A DNA stretch of 64,000 nucleotides from Polyangiaceae bacterium (GTDB taxonomy: Bacteria > Myxococcota_A > Polyangia > Polyangiales > Polyangiaceae): the NCBI GenBank assembly GCA_044376115.1, contig JBILLK010000011.1:128001-192000 (forward strand), given 5' to 3'. Shown here one piece after another: positions 1 to 8,890 of the stretch (position 1 is the first letter of the stretch; every line of letters begins with the position of its first letter). Made by a program: the position numbers and the translations under genes. Under the pieces are notes generated by a model. It worked only from the letters and a program-made list of their open reading frames with translations, did no database searches and was not told where the DNA came from.

Positions 1-2
1 AT

Positions 3-1127
3 GCGCATGGTCCACTGGATCTCGCGACCACCGCCGAGCTCTTATCCCAGTTATGCCGTGGGCTTTCGGCCGCCCATGAGCAGGGGATCGTGCATCGTGA
101 CATCAAGCCGGCGAACGTGATCTTGGTCGACAACGACGGGCGACCGCTTGTGAAATTGGTCGACTTCGGCGTGTCCAAGAGCGTGCGTCAGGTTGAGACG
201 AGCATGACCGCCACCGGCGCGCTGATGGGTACTCCCTTCTATATGAGCCCTGAGCAGTTCATGGGCCAACGGGACATCGACGAGCGCTCCGATCTTTGGT
301 CCGTGGCCGTTTTAGCCTATAGCTGCCTTACCGGGAAGCTGCCGTTCCGGGGTGAGTCGGTCGTCGTGATTAGCATGGCGGCGCATGCTGGCGAGTTTGC
401 TGCGCCGAGCAGCCTGCGAGCCGAGCTTCCGGCCGCGCTCGACGCTTGGTTTGCGCGAGCCTTTGCGGTCGACAGGTCGCAGCGTTTTGCCAGCGCACGG
501 GAGCTTTCGGAGTCGTTTGGTTTGGCCGCCGGGCTATCGAATGGCAAGCTCGACCTCAGCGCCAACCCGCCTCCCAAAGCGGTAGACCCTTTCGCTGAGA
601 CGGCCTTGCGCGCGACGACCTCCGCTCATTCGGAGCAACCGCCCGGCCCAAAGGTAGGCCCGAATCGTGCGCTGATCTGGGGGCTGAGCGTCGCAGCTGT
701 GCTCGGATTGCTCGGGACCGTCTCTTCGCTCATGTATATCGTCAGTGAGCGTGATGTGGCTCCGCAGGGGTCGGTAGCTGCGCAGCCGTCAATGGCTGCC
801 CCGTCGAGTGCTACGACGACGACCGTAGCTTCATTGCCATCACCCGCTTTGGTGGCGCCGGTTCCAGCGAGCGCGATCGTCCCTCTTTCGTCCACGGTGG
901 CCCCAGCGAGCGGAAGCGTCCCAAAGAGCGCGTTGCCTCCGGTTGGCACTGCAGCGAAGAAGCCAAAGTGGCGCTCACGCAAGTCTCCCTGCCGACGCAT
1001 GGATGAGACAAAGAGCTGTATGCCTTGTTGCTACACCGACCGAGGCGATCGGATGGAGCCCTATCCCTCTTGTGATTGCGTGTTTGATGGCGAGAAGTGG
1101 GACCGCGAGCACGGGATCGTGAACTAG
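3..1127 (+). CDS. Hanks-type Ser/Thr protein kinase, 5'-truncated by the window edge; TM helix, Ala/Pro/Ser linker and Cys-rich C-terminus
   Basis: Frame open from base 3. Motifs HRDIKPAN, VKLVDFG, GTPFYMSPEQ, SDLWS. Hydrophobic segment LIWGLSVAAVLGLLGTVSSLMYIV. Confidence 0.93.
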   Translation, partial: AHGPLDLATTAELLSQLCRGLSAAHEQGIVHRDIKPANVILVDNDGRPLVKLVDFGVSKSVRQVETSMTATGALMGTPFYMSPEQFMGQRDIDERSDLWSVAVLAYSCLTGKLPFRGESVVVISMAAHAGEFAAPSSLRAELPAALDAWFARAFAVDRSQRFASARELSESFGLAAGLSNGKLDLSANPPPKAVDPFAETALRATTSAHSEQPPGPKVGPNRALIWGLSVAAVLGLLGTVSSLMYIVSERDVAPQGSVAAQPSMAAPSSATTTTVASLPSPALVAPVPASAIVPLSSTVAPASGSVPKSALPPVGTAAKKPKWRSRKSPCRRMDETKSCMPCCYTDRGDRMEPYPSCDCVFDGEKWDREHGIVN

Positions 1128-1214
1128 GCGTTTTTGCGAACGGGGCCGGTGTGGAGCTAGCGGCGTTGGTTGTGGTCGCCAAGGATGCGCTTTACCCCCT
1201 ACGTTGAACAACGA

Positions 1215-1565
1215 ATGCGGATTGATCGCGGGACCATCTATTGGATAGCGCCGGAGGCGTTCAGTGGCGGGAACTACGCTCACCCGCACGTTGTGGTGCA
1301 AGAGGACGTGTTCAATCATTCCCGCATCGCTACGGTTGTTGTGTGTGCGCTCAGCTCTAATCTTCAGCGCGCGAGCGAGCCGGGCAACGTATTGCTCGAA
1401 CCCGGGGAGGGCAACCTGCCCAAGCAAAGTGTGATTGTCGTTTCGCAGATAAGCTCTGTGGAGAAGCTCTGGCTGGGGGAGCGGATCGGCACTCTGAGCG
1501 AGGCGCGGGTGCAGCAAGTATTGGATGGACTGCGCTTTCAACAGGCCAGCTTCTTCCGCCGCTGA
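1215..1565 (+). CDS. PemK/MazF-family endoribonuclease toxin, no adjacent antitoxin
   Basis: RGTIYW...HPHVVVQEDVFN...TVVVCALSSNL...PGNVLL...GNLPKQSVIVVSQI...ERIGTLS matches the PemK/MazF pattern. Start at ATG 1215; a slightly upstream in-frame start is possible. Confidence 0.88.
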   Translation: MRIDRGTIYWIAPEAFSGGNYAHPHVVVQEDVFNHSRIATVVVCALSSNLQRASEPGNVLLEPGEGNLPKQSVIVVSQISSVEKLWLGERIGTLSEARVQQVLDGLRFQQASFFRR

Positions 1566-1707
1566 ACATTGGGTTCTGCGCTGCGTCATTACGCGCTACC
1601 CGTACTTCGCGGAGCCACTAAGGGCGGAAAACACGGGCCCTTGGGTCCACTTTGCTGGCGCCTGCTGCGCTCCGGCGAACGGCGAGAAGCTTGCAAGGCG
1701 GCTCAAC

Positions 1708-2214
1708 GTGAACTCGCGCACATCGCTTAACGCCACAATCGCTTTACTTGTCCTCTTGTCGGGCTGCTCAGCGACGGAGCAAGCTCGGTTTGAGCTTTTT
1801 TTCTTCGCGTTGCTATCTTTCGGCGCGCTTATGGTTCAGGCGGTCGCTTCAGGGCCCGCGCTGTTCGTCAAGAAGGTTGGTGGCTGGCGGTCGGCGGTCG
1901 CACTCGTCGTAGGGCTGGTTGCGCTGACTTCCGCTGGTGTCTTGCTTGCGGCCGCCACCGCATCGATGCTCGGTCATTCGTTCGAGGTGCGAGCGGACGG
2001 TGAGGTCAAAAGCTCGTTCGTGGCGATCGTGGTCATGGGCTTGTTGCAGGTCGTGCTGCTGGGGCGGCTTCTCGAGGTCATGGCCCCGCAGCGCAAACCG
2101 GACGATGAGTTCGAGTTACCGCTGATGCGGCCGATTCGCGTCGTCGTCATACCGGCGGCCGTCGCGTACATCGGGTTATCGATTTGGATCTTCATTCGAG
2201 TCTTCGCCAAGTAG
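1708..2214 (+). CDS. Hypothetical multi-pass membrane protein
   Basis: Several hydrophobic helices and an LSGC lipobox-like motif. Start uncertain (ORF track start is 1525). Confidence 0.55.
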   Translation: MNSRTSLNATIALLVLLSGCSATEQARFELFFFALLSFGALMVQAVASGPALFVKKVGGWRSAVALVVGLVALTSAGVLLAAATASMLGHSFEVRADGEVKSSFVAIVVMGLLQVVLLGRLLEVMAPQRKPDDEFELPLMRPIRVVVIPAAVAYIGLSIWIFIRVFAK

Positions 2215-2274
2215 GGCGAGTCCTCGCCTTAACGCACGCTTGCCTCGGCTGCGCGCGCGCGCGAAGGTGCGCCG

Positions 2275-3162
2275 ATGACTGCCTCGATGTTCCAGCCGGG
2301 ACCCATTGGCGTGTTTGATTCGGGTTTTGGTGGGCTAACCGTGTTGCGCGCTTTGGGAGCCGCCTTGCCCGCGCACGACTTCGTCTACCTCGGTGACACC
2401 GGTCGCGCGCCTTACGGCGGGCGCGATACCGAGGTGATCCTGGATCTGTCGGAGCAGTGTGTGGAGCGACTGTTCGACGAAGGCTGTCGGCTGGTGGTGG
2501 TAGCTTGCCACACCGTCTCGAGCGTCGCGTTGCGCCACTTGCAGCGTCGCTATGCGGGAGAGGCCTCCGCAAACAGTCCGCGGCGCGTGCTCGGGGTAAC
2601 CATCCCTGCGGCCGAAGCGGCCGTGCAGCGCAGCCGTAAGATCGGCTTCATCGGCACCGCGCGGTCGGTTGCTTCCGGGACCTTCGCCATCGAGGCCGAG
2701 AAGTTGGGCGCGAATGAGGTGAGTCTGCGCGCCGCTCCGTTGCTCGCTGCGATTGTCGAGCAGGGCTGGGAGGACACCGAGATCGCTCGACTTGCGGTGG
2801 CTCGCTATGTAGCTGATTGGCCGCATATCGATACGTTGGTCCTCGGTTGTACGCACTACCCTCTATTGGTGCGCGCGTTCGAAGCGGCGCTGCCCAACGG
2901 GGTCGCCATTCTCGATCCAGCGCCGTTCGTTGCCGAGCGGCTGCGTGAGTGGCTATTGCGGCATCCAGGCTTTGCGGTCCCTCGGGCAGACGGTCGGGGT
3001 GGCTTGCGGGTGCTTTCGTCGGGCGATCCAAGCGCCTTTGCTGAGCACGGTGCTCGCTTTCTCGGCGCCGCTTTACCGGTGATTGAGCATGTGGCCGAGG
3101 AGCGCTCGCGGCTCGTGCCGCGAGCGCGGCCCTCGGCCCCGGTGGGCCAGGTCGTGCGCTAG
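2275..3162 (+). CDS. murI: Glutamate racemase
   Basis: IGVFDSGFGGLTV, YLGDTGRAPYG, ACHT and LGCTHYP (the two catalytic Cys). Confidence 0.95.
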   Translation: MTASMFQPGPIGVFDSGFGGLTVLRALGAALPAHDFVYLGDTGRAPYGGRDTEVILDLSEQCVERLFDEGCRLVVVACHTVSSVALRHLQRRYAGEASANSPRRVLGVTIPAAEAAVQRSRKIGFIGTARSVASGTFAIEAEKLGANEVSLRAAPLLAAIVEQGWEDTEIARLAVARYVADWPHIDTLVLGCTHYPLLVRAFEAALPNGVAILDPAPFVAERLREWLLRHPGFAVPRADGRGGLRVLSSGDPSAFAEHGARFLGAALPVIEHVAEERSRLVPRARPSAPVGQVVR

Positions 3163-3201
3163 GTCGTCCGCACTTCGCTCACGGCGGCAACTTCGCGCCG
3201 G

Positions 3202-4725
3202 CTACTTCGGAAGGACGATCTTGGTTTTCCCGGCGAGCATCATCAGCGCATTGGAGTCGGCCTCGCCCGGTTCGTCGTACTCAAAGAAGATGTAATCAGA
3301 GCCGGTATCGAAGACGCCCAACGCAGCGTCCATGACCACCCATTCCCCGAGCCAAAGCTCGGGCCAGGCGTGATAACCCGCTCCGGGCTTATCGCCGGGC
3401 TTATCCGCAGGAACCAGCACGATGCCGCTGGCGACGCGTGCAGGGATGCCGCTGGCTCGGGCGAGCGCGACGACCAAGGCTGAGTGCTCGGTGCAGTCCC
3501 CGCGCATGGCTGCGAGGGTCTCGAGCGCGCTGGCTTGACCACGGACGCCGTCCGCCTTCTGCAGGTTGCGAAACACCCACTCGGCGATGGCTCGCGCGGC
3601 TTTGCGACTGTCCTTTTGTTTGCCTACGATCTTGTCGGCGAGCACGACGATCTCTGTTGCGTCCGATTGACTATTAGCGTTGGGTGCTAGATAGCGCTTT
3701 AATTCGTCAGGGAGCGTAGAGAGGGGCAGGGAAGGGGCCGTCTTCAGCGTTGGCCTGCGCGCTGAAAGGACCAATGAATAGGTATTCCCATTGCGCGTTA
3801 CGCGCTGATAGGGCGTGTCAACGATGAGGGCTTTGGGGTGGCTTTCTGCGCCGTCGACCACCAGGGAGACCGACCGTTCTTTGTTGGAGCGCGCGAGCTT
3901 GCCTTCCACCGGGATATCCGAGCTGACCTCGAGCAGGCCGTTGGTTTCTGCCGCTTTGGTGCCGCGTAAGGCGATGGTGATGCCGTCCAAATCGAGTTCG
4001 AGCGGTAAGCCTCGGTCATCGACCAGGCCGCGGGTCGCGCGGTCGTCGCTTTCGTCGAAGGACTCGAAGCGCCACGCCTGGATTTCTCCTTCAGGGCCGC
4101 GAAGCGTGGTGCGCTCGAGCAAGCGATAACGCGCGGGCTCGAAGTCGCGCGCTTCTTCATCGAGTTGCAAGTAGCTGCGCTCGAGCGGGAGGGCTTTGCC
4201 ACGCAGCGCTTCGCGTCGCAGGGCATGAAACACCGCCAGCTCGGAGCTGAGGCCTTCAGGCGCTGTGAGCGTGCGGCGCTCGTCCCGGCCTGGTTCGGTG
4301 CTGTGCACGACGATGGTGCGACCGGTGGTGGTGATCTCGAGGCGCGTCTCGGTCTCTCGTTCGCGATCGATGCTGAGCGAGTGCAGCTCCTGCAGGTCTG
4401 GCCCGTATTCGACTTCGCGATCGGTGACGAAGCGCTGAAGGCCGTCCTGCGTATTGATCTCCATCACGAGATGGTTGCTCTCGTGCACGCTGCCGTCGGG
4501 CTGTTGAACGAACTCGAGCAGGGCTTCTCCCAGCTTCTTGCCGCTGCGCTGTGCGACGTATTCGCGCTTGCCGTTGAGGTCGAGGGCTGGCTCTTTTACC
4601 TCGGTCGCTGAGCTCGTCGACGGAGTTGGACTCCGCGCTGCGCCGGGCTCGAGCGGGCTGCACGCCGAGAGCAGCAGTGCGAGGGTGGTCAGGCGGAGGC
4701 CGGTATTCAGGGCGCCAGCGGGCAT
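3202..4725 (-). CDS. Transglutaminase-like domain lipoprotein
   Basis: LSAC lipobox. C-terminal GDCTEHS...GIPARVASG...HAWPE...WVVMD gives a Cys-His-Asp triad pattern. Confidence 0.88.
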   Translation of the reverse strand: MPAGALNTGLRLTTLALLLSACSPLEPGAARSPTPSTSSATEVKEPALDLNGKREYVAQRSGKKLGEALLEFVQQPDGSVHESNHLVMEINTQDGLQRFVTDREVEYGPDLQELHSLSIDRERETETRLEITTTGRTIVVHSTEPGRDERRTLTAPEGLSSELAVFHALRREALRGKALPLERSYLQLDEEARDFEPARYRLLERTTLRGPEGEIQAWRFESFDESDDRATRGLVDDRGLPLELDLDGITIALRGTKAAETNGLLEVSSDIPVEGKLARSNKERSVSLVVDGAESHPKALIVDTPYQRVTRNGNTYSLVLSARRPTLKTAPSLPLSTLPDELKRYLAPNANSQSDATEIVVLADKIVGKQKDSRKAARAIAEWVFRNLQKADGVRGQASALETLAAMRGDCTEHSALVVALARASGIPARVASGIVLVPADKPGDKPGAGYHAWPELWLGEWVVMDAALGVFDTGSDYIFFEYDEPGEADSNALMMLAGKTKIVLPK

Positions 4726-4782
4726 GGTGAGAGGCTTTCACGGACCCCGCGCACGATCCAGTGGGCTGATAGGCTGGGCCGC

Positions 4783-5214
4783 GTGTGGTACCTGATTCTT
4801 GCACTCGGTGCGCTCGCGGTGCTGTACGGCATGCGCGCAGACGCGCACCGCTCTGCGCGACGGGTGCGCTGGGATCGGGTGGCGCACAAGCTTGGGCTGC
4901 AAACGAGCTCGAGCGGCGGCAAGCTGTTGATGACCGGGCAGCGGGCTGGCGCGCAGCTGGAGATCGAGGAGGAGCTCGTGCTTCGGGCGAAGGAGCATTG
5001 GTTTCGCACGACGGTGCGGCTAAATCTGGCGAGCCTCAATGCGCCGGATGCGCGCTATCGGCAGGCGATGATGGTCGCCGAACCGAGCCTCTTCGACAAC
5101 ACCGAGGTAGCCGGAGAATGGTTATGTGGCAGCGTGGAGAGCCGCACGCGGCCTAAGTCGATAGCGCGCTTGGTGGACGAGCTGCGCGAACGTGCCATTG
5201 CGCAACGCTTGTAG
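4783..5214 (+). CDS. Hypothetical protein with N-terminal membrane anchor
   Basis: Fills the gap between flanking genes and has an N-terminal hydrophobic helix. No recognised motif. Confidence 0.55.
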   Translation: MWYLILALGALAVLYGMRADAHRSARRVRWDRVAHKLGLQTSSSGGKLLMTGQRAGAQLEIEEELVLRAKEHWFRTTVRLNLASLNAPDARYRQAMMVAEPSLFDNTEVAGEWLCGSVESRTRPKSIARLVDELRERAIAQRL

Positions 5215-5216
5215 CG

Positions 5217-6095
5217 CTACTTGCCAATCGCTTGGCGGTAGACCCAGCCTTTGGCCTTGGACGATTCGATGCGGTACCAATCGCCCTTCTGCTCGAGCAG
5301 CTTCATGCGCGTTCCTTGGGCCAAGCGGGCGACCACTTTGCCTTCTTCAGGTGTTTCGCGAACGAGAGCTTTCTCCCATTTGACTGAGGCGCTGCCGAGG
5401 CCCGACTCTTCAGCCGGCGCTTCTTCCCCGGGGGCAGCAGGCTTCGGCGGCTCTTTGCCGGGCGGATAGAAGGATACGGGGTAAATCAGGCTGTAGCGGA
5501 GGTGGGTGTGCGGGATGCCCTCGAGCTCGAGGCCTTTGAACGCCTCACCAGCGCAGTTGAGCACGCCCTTTTGGGTGGAGCTCGGGATGTCTGCTTTCTT
5601 CTTGAAGCCGTCCACGCTGACGACGTTCTTCTCGAAGTTGAGGCTGATTTGAAGGCTTAGCGTACCCTCGAGGCCGATCGCCGAAGGGCAGCGCGCGAGC
5701 TCCTCGAGGTGCTTCTTGGCGTGCGCGTCGAACGCGATCTTGCCGCACTCTTCTTGCTTCTCGCCCTTCTTGTTGCGACAGGCGCTGACTTCACCCGCGC
5801 CGATCACCACCTGCTGCTTGTTGGTGACGCCAGCCTCTTCATCCGGGGCGTCCCCTTTGGGACTCGGGTCTGCGGCGCTGACTGCGGCGGAGGCCGTGCC
5901 GGCAGGGCTGGTCGCGTTGGGCTTGTCACTGGCCGCCGGACTGGGCGTCGTGCCGCCGGGTACGTCGGGCCCGACCTTCACTCCGAGAAAACGGGGCCAA
6001 GCGATCCCAACGACGAAGCCAACGAAGGCCACGACGCCAACGATGCCGTTGAGCGCGCGATCTCGGTCCGGAGTAGGGGTAACGACGGTGGGCAC
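5217..6095 (-). CDS. Membrane-anchored protein with C-terminal bacterial SH3 domain
   Basis: N-terminal TM helix. C-terminal ALVRETP..GKVVARLAQGTRMKLLEQKGDWYRI....KGWVY is an SH3b pattern. Confidence 0.8.
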   Translation of the reverse strand: MPTVVTPTPDRDRALNGIVGVVAFVGFVVGIAWPRFLGVKVGPDVPGGTTPSPAASDKPNATSPAGTASAAVSAADPSPKGDAPDEEAGVTNKQQVVIGAGEVSACRNKKGEKQEECGKIAFDAHAKKHLEELARCPSAIGLEGTLSLQISLNFEKNVVSVDGFKKKADIPSSTQKGVLNCAGEAFKGLELEGIPHTHLRYSLIYPVSFYPPGKEPPKPAAPGEEAPAEESGLGSASVKWEKALVRETPEEGKVVARLAQGTRMKLLEQKGDWYRIESSKAKGWVYRQAIGK

Positions 6096-6139
6096 GGGAT
6101 GGGCTTTCGGTTAGCACAGCTTTCGAGCTGCGGCCGAAT

Positions 6140-6591
6140 TTCAACCGAAGGTTGATGCAGCAAACAAAATGACTCGTGCCCTCTTCGAGAAAAACGGCCG
6201 CAGGCCCCGTTGGACGCTCAACTTGGCACGAGTCATTCAACCGAAGGTTGATGCAGCAAACAAATGACTCGTGCCCTCTTCGAGAAAAACGGCCGAAGGC
6301 CCCGTTGGACGCTCGACTTGGCACGAGTCATTCAACCGAAGGTTGATGCAGCAAACAAAATGACTCGTGCCCTCTTCGAGAAAAACGGCCGAAGGCCCCG
6401 TTGGACGCTCGACTTGGCACGAGTCATTCAACCGAAGGTTGATGCAGCAAACAAAATGACTCGTGCCCTCTTCGTGAAGAACGGCCGAAGGCCCGGTTGG
6501 ACGCTCGACTTGGCACGAGTCATTCCGCCGAAGGCGGATGCAGTGAACAGAATGACTCGGGCCCTCTTCGACAGAAGCGGCCGAAGGCCCC
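6140..6591. repeat. Tandem array of ~96-bp palindromic (REP/BIME-like) repeats: 4 full units plus 1 degenerate partial unit
   Basis: Units start at 6140, 6236, 6331, 6427 and 6523 (96/95/96/96 bp). Each contains the 13-bp inverted repeat AATGACTCGTGCC/GGCACGAGTCATT and GAA-loop hairpins. Confidence 0.97.
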
Positions 6592-6607
6592 TCGCTAGTG
6601 CAGCGGA

Positions 6608-8890
6608 CTAAGGAGCCTCGACCTCTTCTCCGCGCAGGGCTGCGCGAAGCCGTTGATAGGCGGGCTCGGTCACGATGAAGGTCGCGTCGACGTCATCACG
6701 CCGCGCGTAGACCACGCTGTTGCCCTCGATCGTATCGGCTCCACCGAGCAAAACCGTGAAGCGACCGGAGGTGCTGTCGGAGGCTGAGCCTTTGCGAGGA
6801 GTGACGGTGATCTCGAGGACCGGCTTGTCGAAGCCGAGGCTCGTGGGCGCAGGCCCGACGCCCACCGCGCGGATCGCGACGAGCTCGACCACGGCGCGCT
6901 CGATGCTGGCCGACATCGCTTCGGAGCCGTCTTTGAGGCGCAGTTGGCGCCCCGCGCGAGCTAGCACGCTCTTCTTGCCTGCGGAGTCGAGCACGACCTC
7001 GTCGGCGGTCGAGAGGTCGATGGTGAAGCTCTCTCTCGAGACGAAGTTGCGGCTGAAGGAAGCGGCCTTCTCGAACGGTAAGAGAAAGACACCGCTCTCC
7101 TGATTTTGCGCGCCAGCGAGCCCTGCGTTGGTGCCGGTGGCCATGGCGTAGATGCCCTCGTCACTGCGTGCACCCAGCAAGAGTTCGATAGTGCGCGACG
7201 AGCCCTCGTTCTCCGAGACCCGACCTTTGACCACCACGCGTGGCTTGTCGAAGCCGTGGATGGGTGACGGCTCGGCTGCGACCCAGCGTGAAGCGCGCAG
7301 CGTCGCCAGCGCGTTGAAGGCCTCGAGGGCGTACGGTTCGTCAGCGGAGAGGCCCTTGCCCGAGGGTTCCTTGAGCGAGAAGCCCGCGCCGTTGCGCTCC
7401 AGGATCTGCCGCTTGTTCGAGCGCTCGAGCGTTAGTTGGTCAAGATTGATCGGCGCAATGCCGAAGATTGTTAGGTCGCGGAGCACGAGGTCGCTTGGCT
7501 CGAGAGCGGCGGCGACGCTGGCTTCGAGCGCGACTTTCTGACCGTCCTCTTTGCGCAGCACGATCACTTGTTGATCCACGACGGCGCCAACCTCGAGCTC
7601 CTCGAGGCGATCGGGACTGGCGGTGCTGCGCTCGGAAGCTCCTGAGCGGACTTTGACGATGGTGATGGGCTCTGCGAGCGGTGTGTCGGCGGCGACGAGT
7701 TTGCCGCGTGCGTTCTGGATGTCGCGCAAGAGCTCATTGCCGACCTCGGCCTCGATGTCCATCTCGGTTGGCTTGCGCACTTTGAAACCGGTACCTAGCC
7801 GCGCCATCTCCAGCGTCTTGTCGCCGCGCACGATCGAAAGTTCGATCACCTCGTCGACCACGGCGCCGATCACGCCGTCGTCTTCGAACTCCGCCGCTTC
7901 GCGCAGCAGCGGATCGAGGATGCCTTCGGGTACGCAGGCCGTGAGCCAGGTGGGCTTCTCACGCACGACGACCATCAGGCCGGGTTTACCGGGGCAGGCA
8001 CCCCCGACCTTGAGGATGCCGGGCTCGCCTTGCTTGGGCACCATGGTGATGGTGACGCGCGGTGCGGACGCTGTTTTTGCCGTGGCTTCGTCCAAGAAGG
8101 TCTCCGCCTGCATTTTGCCGAGCGAGACCAGCACCTGGTCGAGGCGGCCGCCGTCAACCCTGGAGCCTGGTCGCCCTTCCGAGTCCTTGGCGAAACGAAA
8201 GCCGCTGCCGCGTCCCCCGTTCCAGGGCGCGCGCTCGAACTTGCGTTTTCCGCCTTCGCCTTCGAGGTGAAGCTCGCTGAGATCGACGCTGAAGTAGGGA
8301 ACAAACGCTCGCGAACGAAGCTCGGCGGGCTGTACCTTCATCGCGAGCGCGGTCGCGCTGGGAATGACGTAAACGCCCGAGCCTTCGACCTCGGCGTAGA
8401 CGCCGTCTGCGCCCGCGCTGGCGCCCAACTTGACCTTGTAGTTGAGCTTGCCCATCGCGAAACTGAAGGTCGCCGAAGGTGCGTTCAAGCCGAGCTTCTC
8501 GCGGTCGATCGCTGCGCCCTCGAGCTTGCGAATCACGCGCGCGAATTGGAAGACCGTCAGCAGTTTGTCTACCGTCTGCTCTTCGGCTGGGAGCGTTTGG
8601 CCGTTGTGGCTCATCGACCAAGGGCGGCTCGGTTGCTCACCCTCGGCGCGACTCAAAGTGTAGCTGACGTCATCGAAGGAGACCTCGAGCTTGCTGACGT
8701 CGTCGAGCCGCCAGGCCGGCATCAGTTGGTTCTTGCGCTCATCCACCTCTTTGGTGGTGAGCGAGTCACTGTCGTAGAGCACGTAGCCGCCGAACCCGAG
8801 CGCGAGGGTGGACAACACCACGGCGCTCGTGTGCTTGCGGAGGAACGATGGTTTCTCGGCGGGCTTGGCTGGCTTCTTCTCGGCAGGCAT
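6608..8890 (-). CDS. DUF4340-type multi-domain protein, accessory component of the Gld-like ABC module
   Basis: Likely start MPAEKKP at 8890 overlaps the upstream stop (TGATG). N-terminal TM helix; repeated GL/GF-x-x-P...LG...YA...VY/F segments; position after a GldG-like gene. Confidence 0.8.
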   Translation of the reverse strand: MPAEKKPAKPAEKPSFLRKHTSAVVLSTLALGFGGYVLYDSDSLTTKEVDERKNQLMPAWRLDDVSKLEVSFDDVSYTLSRAEGEQPSRPWSMSHNGQTLPAEEQTVDKLLTVFQFARVIRKLEGAAIDREKLGLNAPSATFSFAMGKLNYKVKLGASAGADGVYAEVEGSGVYVIPSATALAMKVQPAELRSRAFVPYFSVDLSELHLEGEGGKRKFERAPWNGGRGSGFRFAKDSEGRPGSRVDGGRLDQVLVSLGKMQAETFLDEATAKTASAPRVTITMVPKQGEPGILKVGGACPGKPGLMVVVREKPTWLTACVPEGILDPLLREAAEFEDDGVIGAVVDEVIELSIVRGDKTLEMARLGTGFKVRKPTEMDIEAEVGNELLRDIQNARGKLVAADTPLAEPITIVKVRSGASERSTASPDRLEELEVGAVVDQQVIVLRKEDGQKVALEASVAAALEPSDLVLRDLTIFGIAPINLDQLTLERSNKRQILERNGAGFSLKEPSGKGLSADEPYALEAFNALATLRASRWVAAEPSPIHGFDKPRVVVKGRVSENEGSSRTIELLLGARSDEGIYAMATGTNAGLAGAQNQESGVFLLPFEKAASFSRNFVSRESFTIDLSTADEVVLDSAGKKSVLARAGRQLRLKDGSEAMSASIERAVVELVAIRAVGVGPAPTSLGFDKPVLEITVTPRKGSASDSTSGRFTVLLGGADTIEGNSVVYARRDDVDATFIVTEPAYQRLRAALRGEEVEAP

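Noticed and set aside
6224..6240. Sigma54 promoter in each repeat (TGGCACG)
   Set aside because: The -24 box is perfect, but the -12 position reads ATTC instead of TTGC.
6140..6591. CRISPR array
   Set aside because: Units are near-identical over their whole 96 bp with no unique spacers, and there are no cas genes in the window.
6264..6611. 115-aa ORF made of 32-aa repeats
   Set aside because: It is a by-product of the 96-bp period. A 1-bp deletion in unit 2 breaks frame with unit 1, and the substitutions conserve base pairing rather than amino acids.
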